A DNA stretch of 64,000 nucleotides from Candidatus Tanganyikabacteria bacterium (GTDB lineage Bacteria; Cyanobacteriota; Sericytochromatia; S15B-MN24; VGJW01): NCBI GenBank assembly GCA_016867235.1, contig VGJY01000001.1:4038-68037 (forward strand), given 5' to 3'. The position numbers and the translations under genes are program-made. The notes under the pieces were generated by a model that made no database searches, was not told the origin of the DNA, and worked only from the letters and a program-made list of their open reading frames with translations. Position 1 is the first letter of the stretch, and the number at the start of each line of letters is the position of its first letter. Below are positions 1 to 9,241 of this stretch, in pieces.

Positions 1-222
1 GAAGCGCACCTCGGCGCCCCGCACGCCGCGCAACGTCACGCGGGAGGGCATCCGCACCTGCTCGACGTGGCTGCCGGCGACTTCCACCACATCCCCGGGC
101 AGGGCCCGCCACAGGGCGTGCTGGATCACGTCCCGCGGGCCGACGAAGAGCACCGACCGCGCGTCCGCCGGCCAGGCCGCAAGGCCGGCCGCCAACCCCG
201 CCACCGCGATCGAGAATCGCAC
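1..222 (-). CDS. Partial CDS (N-terminus only; gene continues beyond window start). Secreted right-handed beta-helix (pectin-lyase/NosD-like) protein candidate
   Basis: Minus-strand frame from GTG at 222 reads MRFSIAVAGLAAGLAAWPADA (signal peptide) then SVLFVGPRDVIQHALWRALPGDVVEVAGSHVEQV..RVTLRG, resembling N-termini of parallel beta-helix proteins; high GC3. Confidence 0.35.
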   Translation of the reverse strand, partial: MRFSIAVAGLAAGLAAWPADARSVLFVGPRDVIQHALWRALPGDVVEVAGSHVEQVRMPSRVTLRGVRGAEVRF

Positions 223-324
223 GAGAGAGAATTACCCGGCCGGCCGGGCGTCCTCTCGGGCGCTGGCTTCCAGCAGGGCAGGGACGAAAAGGTGCGGCAC
301 CTGCACTGGCAGGCCGTGGCGGGC

Positions 325-1452
325 CTAGATGAGCTTGTACTGCCTCATGATCGTCAGGATGTTGTCCTGGTAGGTCGGGCTCGTGGCGTAGATGCCCTGG
401 ATGTCGCGGACGAACTGCACCGGGTCGCGATCGCGGGCGAAGCCCTTCACCGCCTTGTCGTAGTAGCCGTTGTGGAACAGCTTCCCGTGCAGGACCACGG
501 CCTCGTAGAAGTCGTTGTACCTGGCGAAGCGGGCGTTCTCGGTCACGTAGCGGCCGCCCCGCCATTCCTTGGTCTCCTTGACCACGCTGCCGGCGGGCCC
601 GCTGCCCTTGATGCCGAAGATGTTGTAGCCGCCAATGGGGTACTTGCCCCAGCCGCTCTCGAGGGCGGCCTGCGCCAGGGTGACCTGCCAGGGCACGCCG
701 TACTGCCGCTCGGCCTCGACGGCGGCGGGTTTGAGGACGGCGAAGAACTTGGCCTTGTCGGTGGCGCCAAGGTGCGCGAGTTGCTGCGGAGTGACGCGCT
801 TGAGGGCCTCGGGATCGCCCGCCGGTTCGGCCGGCGGCGTCGGCACGGGCACGGGGCGCACGGGCGGCGGAGCCGGCGGATTGGCCGGTTTGGCGCCCTG
901 CGGCAGGCGCAGGACCATGCCCGGGAGGATGACCTCGGGGTTGAGGATCTGATCCCGATTGAGCTCGAAAATCTCGACCCACCGCGACGCGTCGCCCAGG
1001 TAGCGCTGCGCCAGCTTTGGAAGGTTGTCCCCGATGAGCACCAGGGCGTGCCCGGCGGGCGCCTGGGCGGCGGCGAGTTGCCCGTAATCTGGGCCGTAGC
1101 CGGGGGCCAGCAGGGCGGCCGCGGTCGCGGCTTCCGCTGACGGCGCCGGAGCGGCTGCCACGGCTGGCGGCGCGGTGGCCAGGCCTTCAGGCGGGGCGGC
1201 CAGACCTTCCGGCGCGGCGGCCAGACCTTCCGGTGCGGCCGGTACGAGTTGGCCGCTGGCGTCGGTGGTCACCGGCGGCAGCTCGCCGATCGGCGCCATG
1301 CCGTCCCGGATCGGGGGTTGCGACACTGCCCATTGGTCCTGGGCAAGCTGCAGCGCCGGTTCGACCGGGAGGACCGCGGGCGTGACCGGCGCGGTGGCGG
1401 CAATCCAGGGCGATGCCGGATTGCTCGGCGCGTACGCGGTCACGGACGACAT
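325..1452 (-). CDS. Peptidoglycan hydrolase with LysM domain and mannosyl-glycoprotein endo-beta-N-acetylglucosaminidase (FlgJ C-terminal-like) domain
   Basis: LysM motif (LIGDNLPKLAQRYLGDASRWVEIFELNRDQILNPEVILPGMVLRLP) and glucosaminidase motif (AQAALESGWGKY...NIFGIKG...TSPTYQD); Pro/Ala-rich linker with PEGLAA repeats. Confidence 0.8.
   Translation of the reverse strand: MSSVTAYAPSNPASPWIAATAPVTPAVLPVEPALQLAQDQWAVSQPPIRDGMAPIGELPPVTTDASGQLVPAAPEGLAAAPEGLAAPPEGLATAPPAVAAAPAPSAEAATAAALLAPGYGPDYGQLAAAQAPAGHALVLIGDNLPKLAQRYLGDASRWVEIFELNRDQILNPEVILPGMVLRLPQGAKPANPPAPPPVRPVPVPTPPAEPAGDPEALKRVTPQQLAHLGATDKAKFFAVLKPAAVEAERQYGVPWQVTLAQAALESGWGKYPIGGYNIFGIKGSGPAGSVVKETKEWRGGRYVTENARFARYNDFYEAVVLHGKLFHNGYYDKAVKGFARDRDPVQFVRDIQGIYATSPTYQDNILTIMRQYKLI
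1178..1240. repeat. 3 x 21-bp tandem repeat (ggccagaccttccggcgcggc) inside the LysM/glucosaminidase gene, encoding PEGLAA(A/P)
   Basis: Direct reading of three consecutive near-identical 21-mers. Confidence 0.6.
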
Positions 1453-1546
1453 ATCCGGCTTTTCGCCCGGCCGGGCGGAAACACGGTAAAGCGAACCCTA
1501 AGCGAGCGCTAAGCTTCGGCCAAGATAGGCGGCGAACCGCCTCCGG

Positions 1547-2221
1547 CTACTCGAGATCCTTGCGGGCCTGGGCGATGACGTTGGGAATGGTGCGGCCCTG
1601 GATGAAGCCGACCAGCCAGCCGGGAATCCAGGTTCTCATGTCGCCGCGCACCCAGTAACGCACCAGCGTCCACTTCCGGTTGTCCGGGTACGGCGTCATC
1701 ACGTAAGAGCCCTGCATCTCGTCGACGTCGGCCGCGCAATCGCAGTCGCCGCCCGTATTCTTGGACCAGAAAATGTCGCCCCACTTGCCGGCCTCGCCCT
1801 GGCCCTCGAGATCCAGCACGAAGTTGCGGGTGCCGATGGGCCACGGCAGGACCATTTCGTACTTCAGGCGCCGGTAGCCGCCCTGCTCGCCCGCCGCGTT
1901 GCCGCGCTTGGGGGTCAGGTCCTCCTCGACCGAGATGCGCTTGATGGCGTTCTGGTACTTGGGGGTGTTGTTGTGGTCCTCGTAGTACCAGAAGACGTCG
2001 TCGACGCTCGCCTTGACGTAGCCGGCCGAGAAGAAGTCGTTGACCTGGCCCTTGTTGGAGTGGCGGACCGTGATGCCGCCCGCCTTGACCGTGTCCCACT
2101 CGTCGGCCGACAGGTCGAACCTCTGCGGCTTGGTCCGGACCGGCTTGCGATCGGCGGCAAAGGCTGCCGGCAGCAGGGAAATTGCTAGCAGCGTCGCAAC
2201 GCTGCCCAGGGCGAGTTTCAT
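1547..2221 (-). CDS. Hypothetical exported protein (possible SRPBCC/START-like fold)
   Basis: Internal ATG at 2219-2221 gives MKLALGSVATLLAISLLPAAFAADRKP, a signal peptide; high GC3. No confident family assignment. Confidence 0.55.
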   Translation of the reverse strand: MKLALGSVATLLAISLLPAAFAADRKPVRTKPQRFDLSADEWDTVKAGGITVRHSNKGQVNDFFSAGYVKASVDDVFWYYEDHNNTPKYQNAIKRISVEEDLTPKRGNAAGEQGGYRRLKYEMVLPWPIGTRNFVLDLEGQGEAGKWGDIFWSKNTGGDCDCAADVDEMQGSYVMTPYPDNRKWTLVRYWVRGDMRTWIPGWLVGFIQGRTIPNVIAQARKDLE

Positions 2222-2320
2222 CAAGGTCCAGACCCTCCGTAATACAAGCAGGCGTTTGCCCGTCCAGCAGACCTTTGTACCTGGTACCCGCGCAGGGGGC
2301 AAGTGATAGGATTCTCCGAC

Positions 2321-3346
2321 ATGGCGTCCGACATCTTCAACCGCAAGCAGGAGCACCTCGACATCTGCCTTACCCAGGACGTGTCGAGCCGGCTCACGAC
2401 GGGCTTCGAGAAACTCCGCTTCCGCCACCGGGCGCTCCCCGGCATCGATCTGTCCCAGGTCACCACCTGGACCACGTTCCTGGACAAGCCGCTGGGAGCG
2501 CCGCTGCTGATCGGCGCCATGACGGGCGGCACGGCTCGCGGGCGCGAGATCAACCGCAACCTGGCGATCGCGGCTCAGGCGCTCAAGGTCGGGATGGTGG
2601 TCGGCAGCCAGCGCATCGCCATCGAGCACCCCGAAGTCGCCCATACCTTCGCGATCGCCCGGGAGGAGGCTCCCGATATCCCCCTGGGGGCCAACCTCGG
2701 CGCCATCCAGCTGGTAAACGGCTATGGCGCCAAGGAATGCCAGAAGGCCGTGAAAATGCTCCAGGCCGACTTCCTGGTGCTGCACCTCAACGCCCTGCAG
2801 GAGGCCATCCAGCCTCGCGGGCAGACCAACTGGGGCCACGTGCTGCCCCGCATCGCCGAAGTCATCGCCAAGCTCGGGGTGCCGGTCGTGGTCAAGGAGG
2901 TGGGTTTCGGGATCTCGGGCGAGGATGCCCGCGCCCTGCGCGAGGCCGGGGTGGCGATCCTGGACGTGTCAGGCGCTGGCGGGACGTCCTGGGCCCTCGT
3001 GGAGGGCTACCGGCATCCCGACGCCATGTGGAAGAAAGTGGCGCTGCAATTCGGCAACTGGGGCATCCCCACGGTGGACTGCATCCGCGAGTGCCGCAAG
3101 GCGGCGCCGGACGTCCCGCTGATCGCGTCGGGCGGCATCCGCAACGGCATCGACGTGGCCAAGGCGCTGGCGCTGGGCGCTTCCTGGTGCTCGGTCTCCG
3201 GCGGCATCCTGGCCGCGGCCTCCGAATCCGCCGACGCCGTGCAGGAGTGGCTCGACAGCTACATGTCGGAGCTGCGCCTGGCGCTCTTCGCTCAGGGGCT
3301 CCAGTCGGTCTCCGAACTCAAGCCCGAGCACCTGGTCGTCGGTTAA
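2321..3346 (+). CDS. fni: Isopentenyl-diphosphate delta-isomerase type 2 (FMN-dependent)
   Basis: Full-length similarity to IDI-2: MASDIFNRKQEHLDI..., GAMTGG, VVVKEVGFGIS, ASGGIRNGIDVAKALALGA motifs. Confidence 0.85.
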   Translation: MASDIFNRKQEHLDICLTQDVSSRLTTGFEKLRFRHRALPGIDLSQVTTWTTFLDKPLGAPLLIGAMTGGTARGREINRNLAIAAQALKVGMVVGSQRIAIEHPEVAHTFAIAREEAPDIPLGANLGAIQLVNGYGAKECQKAVKMLQADFLVLHLNALQEAIQPRGQTNWGHVLPRIAEVIAKLGVPVVVKEVGFGISGEDARALREAGVAILDVSGAGGTSWALVEGYRHPDAMWKKVALQFGNWGIPTVDCIRECRKAAPDVPLIASGGIRNGIDVAKALALGASWCSVSGGILAAASESADAVQEWLDSYMSELRLALFAQGLQSVSELKPEHLVVG

Positions 3347-3595
3347 GAAACTCGCCGGCAAGTTTAAAGTCCGGATAACCGCCTACGGCTTCTTGACGCC
3401 CTAGATACCGATCGTGGGAATCAGCCCACAGGGTTGGGTGCCGTAAGAGGGACGGGCGCACGTGCGCCCAGGGTGCAGAGGGCCAAGAATGGGTCTACTG
3501 AGGGATATGCTCGCGCTTGCGGTGGGCCAGGGGGCCCAGGAGAGCGCGCCCGCACAGCATGATCTGGTGCTGGTGGCCGGACGCCGCTCGGGGTG

Positions 3596-5098
3596 TCAGC
3601 GGGATCCCAGCTGGATGCGCCGGTCTGCCGGCGGTTCCAGCGTGGGATTCCCCTTGATCCCGTCGAGGACGAAGTCCCTCAGCAGGACGCCCATGTCCTC
3701 GTAGCCCTTGGCCTCGGTGAACGGCGTGTACTTGTCGTTGCCTTGCGCGATGTAGTCGATCGTCGTGATGCGGTAGGTCTTGCCGGGATCCAGCGGGCCG
3801 CCCCCGACGGACAGGTCGGCGATCTGGCCTCCGTCGATGCGGAATGACAGGCCGCTCACCTGCAGCATGCTCACGCGCTTGGACGCGACCATGTCGAGCA
3901 CCTGCTTGAGCTGCGCGCCGGTCATGTCCACCCGGACGATGCGATTCTCGAACGGGAAGACGGTGAACACGTCGGCGACCCTGACGGGGCCGGGATTGAT
4001 CGGTGCGCGCAGGCCGCCGGAGTTGAGGATCGCGACGTCGGCATTGGTCCTGGCGCGGAGTAGATCGGTGGCCCAGTTGCCCAGCTCGCAATCCCGATCG
4101 TACTTGCCGTCGACCGACAGCCCCCTGGGAGCCTGGCCGATCACCTTGGCCATGCGGTCGCGAATCTGGGACTCGTAGCCCTCGACGATCTTCGCCACGC
4201 CGGCGTCCTCGGGCGTGTCGCCCGCGATAGGGACCAGGTAGCCGTTGCTCGAGACGATCTTCCCGCCGTCCACTTCCAGCTCCAGCCGGCCGAGGTACTC
4301 GCCCCACTGGTAGGCCTGCAGCACCAGCGTGGTCCAGTCGCCGCTCTTCACCGCAATCGGCGCATCCACCTTGGTATGGCTGTGCCCGCCCACGATGACG
4401 TGGATGCCCGGCACCTCGGCTGCGAGGCGCTTGTCCTCTTCGAGGCCGCTGTGGCTCATCATCACGATGAAGTCGGCGCCGCGGGCCTTGAGGTCCGCGA
4501 CGGCTTTCTGCGCCACGGGCACCGCCGGCAGGACCTTGAGGCCCTTGCGCTGCGCGGCGGCGATGGCATGCCAGGCGCTGCCCTCGCCCAGGATTCCGAA
4601 GACGCCGACCTTGAGGCCCGAGCGTTCGACCAGCCAGGATGGCACGAAAAGCGGCTTGCCGGTCTGATCGTCCACCAGGTTGGTGTTGATCAGCTTGAAC
4701 TTGCGGCCCTTGTAGACGCGCTGGAGGTTGAGCAGGCCGTCGTCGAGATCGTGATTGCCGACCGTGACCGCATCGTAGCCCGCGGCGTCCATGGCGGCGA
4801 ACTCGGCCTCGCCGTGGAAGAAGTTGAAGATGGGCGTGCCCTGGAAGCAGTCGCCGCCGTCCAGGACCAGCACCCGGCCCGCCTGCTGCGCCTGCTCCTT
4901 CTTGATGATCGTGGCCCGCCGGGCGATCCCGCCGATCGACTTGAGATCCTTCTTGTCGTAGGGCGAAAGGTGGGAGTGCGTGTCGTTGGTGTGCAGGATG
5001 ATCAGCCGCGACGGCGCGGCCTCGGCCGTGGCCGTGGCTCCGCCGAACCCGATGGCGGCGGTGGCGAGAACGATGAGGGCGAGTGTACGGCGAAGCAC
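3596..5098 (-). CDS. Bifunctional metallophosphatase / 5'-nucleotidase (UshA family), exported
   Basis: LHTNDTHSH, GNHDLD and GGHSHT calcineurin-like motifs plus a 5'-nucleotidase C-terminal domain. Maximal ORF reaches 5155, but GTG at 5098 is preceded by AAGGAG and begins the signal peptide LRRTLALIVLATAAIG. Confidence 0.8.
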   Translation of the reverse strand: MLRRTLALIVLATAAIGFGGATATAEAAPSRLIILHTNDTHSHLSPYDKKDLKSIGGIARRATIIKKEQAQQAGRVLVLDGGDCFQGTPIFNFFHGEAEFAAMDAAGYDAVTVGNHDLDDGLLNLQRVYKGRKFKLINTNLVDDQTGKPLFVPSWLVERSGLKVGVFGILGEGSAWHAIAAAQRKGLKVLPAVPVAQKAVADLKARGADFIVMMSHSGLEEDKRLAAEVPGIHVIVGGHSHTKVDAPIAVKSGDWTTLVLQAYQWGEYLGRLELEVDGGKIVSSNGYLVPIAGDTPEDAGVAKIVEGYESQIRDRMAKVIGQAPRGLSVDGKYDRDCELGNWATDLLRARTNADVAILNSGGLRAPINPGPVRVADVFTVFPFENRIVRVDMTGAQLKQVLDMVASKRVSMLQVSGLSFRIDGGQIADLSVGGGPLDPGKTYRITTIDYIAQGNDKYTPFTEAKGYEDMGVLLRDFVLDGIKGNPTLEPPADRRIQLGSR

Positions 5099-5225
5099 GA
5101 CCGGCGCTCCTTTTTGTTGAGGGTTGGTCACGCCGGCACTCGAAACCGGGTCCACGGCACTGCTGGGGTGGGGGCAGCCGGCGTTCCGTAATCCTGGCGA
5201 CGCGCCATGCTATCATGCCGCGTTG

Positions 5226-6116
5226 ATGGCCATCCCGGCGCCGGTCAAGGATCTGTGGACGTTCTGGCGCGACATCGAGGCCAAGACCATGAGAGCCGTC
5301 GATGTCGCGCTTGTCGCCGTGCCCGGTCCCACGCGGGACGCGTGGCGCGACGCCCTGCTGCTCGGCAGCGACCACCGCGAGCGCTTGAAAGTCGTGGATC
5401 CCGACGATACCCGGCCGGTCAGGGCCGATCTCGCTATCGTGCTGCTGGATCTCGCGGCCGCCCCGTGGCGCGATTCATTCCGGGCGCTGGATCGCTTCCC
5501 CCGGGAGCGGATCGTCGCCGTCATCGTCGGGACGGGCAATGCCGAGCCCGGTCGCCAGCGCGAGGCGATCCGGGCGCTGGGCGTCTCCGAGACGCACGTG
5601 CTCCCCGCCGGCAACCTGGCGGATCTCGCGGGCCCGCTCGCGGCGCGGCTGTTTGGCCTGTTTCACGATCTCATCATTCCGCTGGCACGCCACTTCCCTG
5701 TCCTGCGGAGCACGGCGGCGTGGGAGGAGATCCACGCGACCGCCAAGCAAAACGCCATCGTGGGAGTGATCCCGGTCCCGGGCGGCGACATGCCCATCAT
5801 GACCGCCAACCAGATCAAGATGCTGCTGCGCATGGCGGCGATGTTCGACATGCCTCTGAATGGCAAGCGGGCGCGGGAAATCGTCGCCGTCGTGGGCGGG
5901 GGATTCGGGTTGCGCACGCTGGCGCGGCAGCTCGTCAAGGTCGTGCCGGGACCCGGCTGGATAGTGGGCGGCACGCTCGGCTACGGCGGCACGCTCGCGA
6001 TGGGCCGGGCGGCCCTGGAGTACTTCCGGCGGACGGCCCCCGGAACCGGGCCAGTTACCGTGCGGGCCGAGGACTGGCCAGACAAGCGGGACAACGGGCG
6101 AGGAGGCGACGCTTGA
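5226..6116 (+). CDS. Hypothetical protein, DUF697/YcjF-like C-terminal Gly-rich membrane-associated region
   Basis: Internal ATG (MAIPAPVKDLW...). C-terminal IPVPGGDMPIMTANQIKMLLRMAAMF...VVGGGFGLRTLARQL...GGTLGYGGTLAMG resembles DUF697; strong GC3. Confidence 0.5.
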   Translation: MAIPAPVKDLWTFWRDIEAKTMRAVDVALVAVPGPTRDAWRDALLLGSDHRERLKVVDPDDTRPVRADLAIVLLDLAAAPWRDSFRALDRFPRERIVAVIVGTGNAEPGRQREAIRALGVSETHVLPAGNLADLAGPLAARLFGLFHDLIIPLARHFPVLRSTAAWEEIHATAKQNAIVGVIPVPGGDMPIMTANQIKMLLRMAAMFDMPLNGKRAREIVAVVGGGFGLRTLARQLVKVVPGPGWIVGGTLGYGGTLAMGRAALEYFRRTAPGTGPVTVRAEDWPDKRDNGRGGDA

Positions 6117-6121
6117 GCTAC

Positions 6122-6745
6122 ATGGTGGATCTCCACCTGGCCGGCAAGATGGTCCTTGTGGTGGGTGGGGGCCGACTGGCCGAAGCCCATGCCGAGCAAC
6201 TCCTGGTCGCGGGGGCCCGCCTGCGCGTCGTCGCTCCCGAACTCACGACCGGCATGGCCAAGGTCGTCGAAGCGGCCGGGCTCGAATGGGTTGAGCGGGA
6301 CTACCGGGCGGACGATCTTGCCGACGCCTGGCTCGTGCTCGCGCTGACCGACGATCCGGCCACTAACGCGGCAATTTGCCGGGAGGCCGACGAGGCAGGA
6401 CGCCTGGTGTGCGGCGATGGCGACGGGTACCGGGGCAACATTGGCCTGCCGGCGGTGCTGCGGCGCGGCAGCGTGCTGATCGCCGCTTCCGCGGGGGTGC
6501 CGCACCTGGCCCGCCAGATCTTGCTGGAGCTCGAAGAGGATTTCGGTCCGGAATGGGCCGAATATGCCAATCGCCTGGATGCCCTCCACGACCGGATCGC
6601 GGCCGTGCCGGAGGGCATGGAGCGGCAGCGCCTCATCCACCGGCTCACGAGCCCCGCCGTCCTCGGCCTGGTGCGCAGCGGCGACACGGCCGAGTGGCAG
6701 GAGCACCTCGAAGCGGCAATCGCCCATCTGCCGGAGAGGGTCTGA
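6122..6745 (+). CDS. Precorrin-2 dehydrogenase / sirohydrochlorin ferrochelatase family (siroheme synthase N-terminal domain, SirC-like)
   Basis: Rossmann motif LVVGGGRLAEAHAEQLLVAGARLRVVAPE; 207 aa; starts 6 nt after the preceding gene's stop. Confidence 0.7.
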   Translation: MVDLHLAGKMVLVVGGGRLAEAHAEQLLVAGARLRVVAPELTTGMAKVVEAAGLEWVERDYRADDLADAWLVLALTDDPATNAAICREADEAGRLVCGDGDGYRGNIGLPAVLRRGSVLIAASAGVPHLARQILLELEEDFGPEWAEYANRLDALHDRIAAVPEGMERQRLIHRLTSPAVLGLVRSGDTAEWQEHLEAAIAHLPERV

Positions 6746-7749
6746 GCCCGCTGCTGGTTCTGGGCATCGAATCCAGCTGCGACGAGACCTCGGTCGCCCT
6801 CGTCGCGGACGGCGCGGTCATCCGCGCCAACCTGATCTCTTCGCAGGCCGATGTCCACGCCCGCTTCGGCGGCGTGGTCCCCGAGGTGGCCTCCCGCCGC
6901 CATATCGAGGTCGTGTCGCCCCTGCTGGGCGAGGCGCTGGAGAAGGCGGGCGCGACCTGGGAGGACGTGGGCGCCGTCGCGACGACCCGCGGGCCCGGTC
7001 TGGCCGGCGCCCTGCTCGTGGGCATGATGGCCGCCAAGGGCATCGCCTGGGCCCGCGGCGTTCCGCTGGTGGGAGTCAACCACCTGGCCGCGCACATCTG
7101 GGCCAATCGCATGGCCTTCCCCGACCTGCCGCTTCCCTTCCTGTGCCTCCTGGTCTCGGGAGGCCACACGGCGCTGGTGCGGGTGGAAGGCCCGGGCGAC
7201 TTCCGGGATCTCGGCCACACGCGCGACGACGCCGCCGGCGAGGCGTACGACAAGGTCGCCCGGCTCCTCGACCTGGGGTATCCCGGGGGCCCGGCGATCG
7301 ACCGGCTGGCGCAGACCGGCGATCCGCGGGCGTTCGACCTGCCGCGAGCCTTCCTGGAGGGCACCCGGGACTTCTCGTTCTCGGGCCTCAAGACCGCCGT
7401 GCGGCGCCTCGTGGAGAAGCACCGGTTGGCCGGCATCCCGCTCGACGTCGCCGGCATGGCCGCTTCCTTCCAGGCGGCGGTGGTGGACGTGCTGGTGGGC
7501 AAGGCGATCGCCGCGGCTGAGGGTGAGGGTCTGGCCGTCGTGGGGGTGGCCGGGGGCGTAGCCGCCAACTCGGCGTTGCGATCGCGCCTCGGCGAGGCTT
7601 GCGAGGAGCGGGGCTGGCGTTTCGTCTGCCCGCCTTTTGCGCTCTGCACGGACAATGCCGCGATGATCGCGGGCCTCGGTTACGAACTGTTGCGCCTGGG
7701 GCGGGAGGATGACTTGGCGATGCCGGCCGCGGCCCGGTTCCCGCTTTGA
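6694..7749 (+). CDS. tsaD: tRNA N6-adenosine threonylcarbamoyltransferase TsaD (Kae1/YgjD family)
   Basis: LVLGIESSCDETSVALV, HIEVVSP, GVNHLAAH and VSGGHTAL motifs. Start uncertain: GTG at 6694 (overlapping the upstream gene) or CTG at 6742; there is no ATG/GTG/TTG immediately before LVLGIES. Confidence 0.85.
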   Translation: MAGAPRSGNRPSAGEGLSPLLVLGIESSCDETSVALVADGAVIRANLISSQADVHARFGGVVPEVASRRHIEVVSPLLGEALEKAGATWEDVGAVATTRGPGLAGALLVGMMAAKGIAWARGVPLVGVNHLAAHIWANRMAFPDLPLPFLCLLVSGGHTALVRVEGPGDFRDLGHTRDDAAGEAYDKVARLLDLGYPGGPAIDRLAQTGDPRAFDLPRAFLEGTRDFSFSGLKTAVRRLVEKHRLAGIPLDVAGMAASFQAAVVDVLVGKAIAAAEGEGLAVVGVAGGVAANSALRSRLGEACEERGWRFVCPPFALCTDNAAMIAGLGYELLRLGREDDLAMPAAARFPL

Positions 7750-7797
7750 CCGCAACTGGTATAGAATTGCAAAGAGAGGCGACGTAGGAGACGCGGC

Positions 7798-8082
7798 GTG
7801 GATGTAAGCAATTTCCGGACCCTGGGAGAGTGCGATTTCGGCACCATCTGGCTCGTCGAGGGCGAAAAGAAGGTGGTGGTCAACGCCTACCAGGCCGCCC
7901 TGTACTTCAGCGTCGAGGATTTCGCGGCGTTCGCCCGGATGGTCGGCGATGCGGAGCGCCGCTTCGGCGACATCTTCAACCGCAGGCCGCAAGCGCCCGC
8001 GCCGGCGCCCGCCGAGAAGCCGGCGAGCAACTCCAAGATCCGCCAGTTCCGCCCGCTGAACACGCCGGCGCCCGAGGATTAG
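7798..8082 (+). CDS. Hypothetical small protein (94 aa)
   Basis: Intergenic ORF with high GC3 coding bias; no recognisable family. Confidence 0.5.
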   Translation: MDVSNFRTLGECDFGTIWLVEGEKKVVVNAYQAALYFSVEDFAAFARMVGDAERRFGDIFNRRPQAPAPAPAEKPASNSKIRQFRPLNTPAPED

Positions 8083-8147
8083 CCTCCTCGGCACCACCGG
8101 TCCGGCCTGTTTCGCATGCGTTCTCAACGAGGAGGAGGTAAGACGAG

Positions 8148-8810
8148 GTGGTGACGGATTCCGAAATCTTGGACCACGTCCATGCGGTCCTCACCCGCGA
8201 TCCGAGGGTGCGGGACCGCAGCGAAGGGGGAAACATCACGGTTTTCTGCCGGGACGGGCAGATAGTCTTGGCGGGCGAGGTCGAGGAACTGCCGGCCAAG
8301 ATGGTGTCCGAACGCCTGGCCCGGGCGGTCAACGGCGTGCGCTGCGTGGTCAACAACCTGCGGGTCAAGGCCATCCCCAGTCGCACCGACGCCGAGATCC
8401 AGGCGCACCTGATGGACGCCTTCGAGCAGGATCACAGCCTGGACGAGCGCCTGCTGTCGCCGATCGTGCAGGACAGCGTGGTGACGCTCACGGGGACGGT
8501 GGACGCCCTGGCCAAGAAGCGCCTGGCGGGCCTGCTGGCGTGGTGGATCGCCGGCGTCCGCGACGTCAAGAACCACCTGACCGTGGCGCCGGAGGAAGAG
8601 GATTCCGACGCGGAAATCCTGGACTTCGTGTGCATCGCGCTGGAGATGGACAAACTGGTCGACGAGTCGCGCATCGGCGTCAAGGTCAAGGACGGCATCG
8701 TCACCCTGGTCGGCGTCGCGCACAACAGCCAGGAGGTCAGGCTCGCGGAGGCCGACGCCTGGGCGGTCCACGGCGTCAGGGACGTCGTCAACAAACTGGA
8801 AATGGAGTAA
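8148..8810 (+). CDS. BON domain-containing protein (OsmY-like, three BON repeats)
   Basis: Repeated BON-like segments ([34 protein letters not shown]; [34 protein letters not shown]). GTG start preceded by AGGAGGAGG; stop overlaps the ppiB start (TAATG). Confidence 0.75.
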   Translation: MVTDSEILDHVHAVLTRDPRVRDRSEGGNITVFCRDGQIVLAGEVEELPAKMVSERLARAVNGVRCVVNNLRVKAIPSRTDAEIQAHLMDAFEQDHSLDERLLSPIVQDSVVTLTGTVDALAKKRLAGLLAWWIAGVRDVKNHLTVAPEEEDSDAEILDFVCIALEMDKLVDESRIGVKVKDGIVTLVGVAHNSQEVRLAEADAWAVHGVRDVVNKLEME

Positions 8811-9241
8811 TGAAGAAAGCCATCATAAGCACGGAAAAGGGCAACATCGAACTCGAACTCTTCGATAAGGACGCGCCGGGGACCGTCGCCAACTTCGAGA
8901 AGCTCGCCAAGTCGGGCTATTACGACGGCCTGACCTTCCACCGGGTCATCGAGGGCTTCATGTCCCAGGGCGGCTGTCCCAAGGGGACAGGCACCGGGGG
9001 GCCCGGTTACACCATCAAGTGCGAGACCGACGGAAATCCCCACAAGCACGTCCCGGGCGCCCTCTCGATGGCGCACGCCGGCAAGGATACCGGCGGCAGC
9101 CAGTTCTTCATCTGCCACGAGAACGCCGACTGGCTGGACGGCAAGCACACCGTCTTCGGCCAGACCCTCGCGGGCCTGGACATCGTGCGTTCCATGAAAA
9201 ACGGCTTCCGGATGGAGAAGGTCGAAATCGTAGAAGGCTAG
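8810..9241 (+). CDS. ppiB: Peptidyl-prolyl cis-trans isomerase, cyclophilin type
   Basis: Cyclophilin motifs [20 protein letters not shown] and HTVFG; 143 aa. Confidence 0.9.
   Translation: MKKAIISTEKGNIELELFDKDAPGTVANFEKLAKSGYYDGLTFHRVIEGFMSQGGCPKGTGTGGPGYTIKCETDGNPHKHVPGALSMAHAGKDTGGSQFFICHENADWLDGKHTVFGQTLAGLDIVRSMKNGFRMEKVEIVEG

Noticed and set aside
67-1140. 357-aa plus-strand ORF overlapping the LysM/glucosaminidase gene
   Set aside because: GC-driven shadow ORF. It is Arg/Gly/Pro-rich with no family resemblance, while the antisense frame carries clear LysM and glucosaminidase motifs.
3495-5375. 626-aa minus-strand ORF, an alternative frame over the 5'-nucleotidase
   Set aside because: Low-complexity Arg/Gly/Pro translation. 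The 3596-5155 frame has metallophosphatase motifs.
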